This document shows, piece by piece, positions 63,601 to 64,000 of a stretch of 64,000 nucleotides of DNA (position 1 is the first letter of the stretch; each line of letters begins with the position of its first letter). Below the pieces are notes generated by a model, which ran no database searches, was not told where the DNA came from, and saw nothing but the letters and a program-made list of their open reading frames with translations. Made by a program: the position numbers and the translations under genes. Source of the DNA: Candidatus Omnitrophota bacterium (GTDB lineage: Bacteria > Omnitrophota > Gorgyraeia > Zapsychrales > Zapsychraceae); the NCBI GenBank assembly GCA_029261055.1, contig JAJDCA010000018.1, positions 18,197 through 82,196 on the forward strand, written 5' to 3'.

Positions 63601-64000
63601 GCCGTTGCACTTTCTTCGTGTTCATACACCGCTGCTTTTTCAGGTACAATCCAAATTTTATTAAACGTGTTCATCGGGATGTCGGTGGTGCCAAATTTTG
63701 CGTATGCTTTTTCATGCACACGCGTCCAAAATGTTTCGCCTAATTCTTCTTCGGGATACATCAAACTGGCAGTCAATTGTTTAAGCAAATAATCTTGCGC
63801 AAGAAGGTCTCGGCCCATTTCGGTATCTCCAAAACCTTCGGGAATAATGCGGTCGGCTTCATACGGACTAAGGTTGACCCACATCTCTTTTTCCGGCACA
63901 GTTAATCCGGCCATGAAATATTTAATCAGCGTATTCGCCTCCGCCTTTAAAGCATCGCCTTCTAAATGGGTATCCCCTTTATTAATAATAAAATCAAACA
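60561..64000 (-). CDS. Giant secreted protein B (paralog of A); N-terminus lies beyond the window
   Basis: The reading frame stays open from 63914 to 64000 and the translation (..EANTLIKYFMAGLTVPEKEMWVNLSPYEAD) aligns to residues about 65-100 of paralog A. Confidence 0.5.
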   Translation of the reverse strand, partial: FDFIINKGDTHLEGDALKAEANTLIKYFMAGLTVPEKEMWVNLSPYEADRIIPEGFGDTEMGRDLLAQDYLLKQLTASLMYPEEELGETFWTRVHEKAYAKFGTTDIPMNTFNKIWIVPEKAAVYEHEESATAYLVDSHLKVMLEEDYVAMEKNLGSEQYGLDYLNQNNTEIISGVSSDVIREILIPEIEREVNEGETFAILRQIYHSVILATWYKKKLTVGVENSRTLLGQVYVDQNKTKGVDTQDKQINQKIYNQYVESFKKGVYDYIKEDYDPTSQQIVPRKYFSGGMSVALGSNIFNPSMLSFANKAAITSAKDDALVVEVRLSGISSDNAYLVEEVKRAPFLTEDQDDSMVSREELETYARRKGLVKYGENLQDVLDKHTEYVKEQGLSHEQLAEPLLKAVANKKKEEFSFNGSEYEVFSRARSVLSTNMGRDSIAEDIIMVINQKTLETIQFTDKGAKYAEEGLYTKAPSTIIDYFNLKGTRPKLKGLTVVQRMHKALRFEDVETTAASISSIVLDGLENGTFTLNDLQELINIYGQFKEQSNDFVQARFEFTFTSIKNKSKKSDVKTLAEQALDEMPESLDENYDLAMLSLMNIVAIVGIAAGVILVGVNSASYYHHVPEVKIVENASAPELGRNFSLNNPVFRGEKYGFNLTDNGTKKGVVMEENGEIIYLNKNNERIAVAKKVPMNESEGYKFEIFKGKNLIWSIEKQVNKETGRVQHFFKDAKGDIITQSESHDMGKLDMDVRSRDEFMVKFIKDITRSMQVKITYVPDRFDKTLFVVFAGIEMLAADDAMISQEETVTFLTETPFFITVNVERHLGSIRDRDTSSQRRGSRDVNYQGPKKVFSEKVKMVVKKGDGFLSIGKKEINLGEDNKEENKKLVQDVENELQSQGTLTEDSLKEIKDFKSRFDSSMAVEEAEKIERHINELSGDKKKKAEDVWGVMKDLTSELENDVRRGRSIVNSLSYSEMLKIFENEIISAGLKKPNFKFYDQKTISNIIATFKNVLTPSGLSVQDLNDILKLFDGKKDDLAVLADAEPIDKAEVVGGINLDSAMLDLEIKRDGNGVPLPMMDQDVDLSMRVLGFLPIILRVLPVNLPQLLGFADTLPLDNSNTFSHDISFWMDEREYFLRTRLDTVG

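Noticed and set aside
1-64000. tRNA, rRNA or other structured RNA genes
   Set aside because: The intergenic space is minimal. None of the spacers shows a tRNA-like cloverleaf or rRNA conservation detectable by eye.

Overview
Almost every gene in this 64-kb window lies on the minus strand (GC roughly 40-42%).

Left flank (1-9.9 kb), housekeeping: a partial GT2 polyprenyl-phosphate-sugar transferase, an S41 CtpA-like protease, truA, asd, a LeuB/IDH-family dehydrogenase, fabG-acpP-fabF, fxsA, and a secretin with a PilP/GspC-like partner.

Centre (9.86-36.9 kb), the striking part: twelve co-directional, back-to-back paralogs. Each encodes an N-terminal polytopic membrane domain with PMT/TMTC (DUF1736)-like GT-C motifs (FxFDD; SQPSRFVAFYSFALNYHFH) followed by a long array of canonical 34-aa TPR repeats. 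Every paralog carries in-frame palindromic or inverted-repeat DNA cassettes (23-75 bp, perfect stems up to 33 bp, cores such as CCTCGGGGG/CCCCCGAGG). These sit at up to three conserved hypervariable positions, all in even-numbered inter-helix loops. The cassettes differ between paralogs but stay palindromic and in frame. One cassette type is found in both orientations at different sites.

Right flank:
- a peptidoglycan-binding lipoprotein and a GH15 hydrolase;
- a Bat/MoxR-type operon (MoxR, DUF58, DUF4381, two vWA, TPR) with a DUF1016 PD-(D/E)XK nuclease gene embedded in it;
- a DUF1016_N-SNase fusion;
- HEPN/MNT and VapBC toxin-antitoxin pairs;
- a 1085-aa possible glycosidase, a CE4 deacetylase, YqeY and DUF167;
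- two paralogous giant secreted proteins flanking an MscS channel and two divergent DUF4143 ATPases.

A second REP-like hairpin family (ctacgtacGGG...CCCctta) occurs in intergenic spacers and is also inserted in-frame into one of the giant proteins but not its paralog. No rRNA, tRNA or CRISPR was found.
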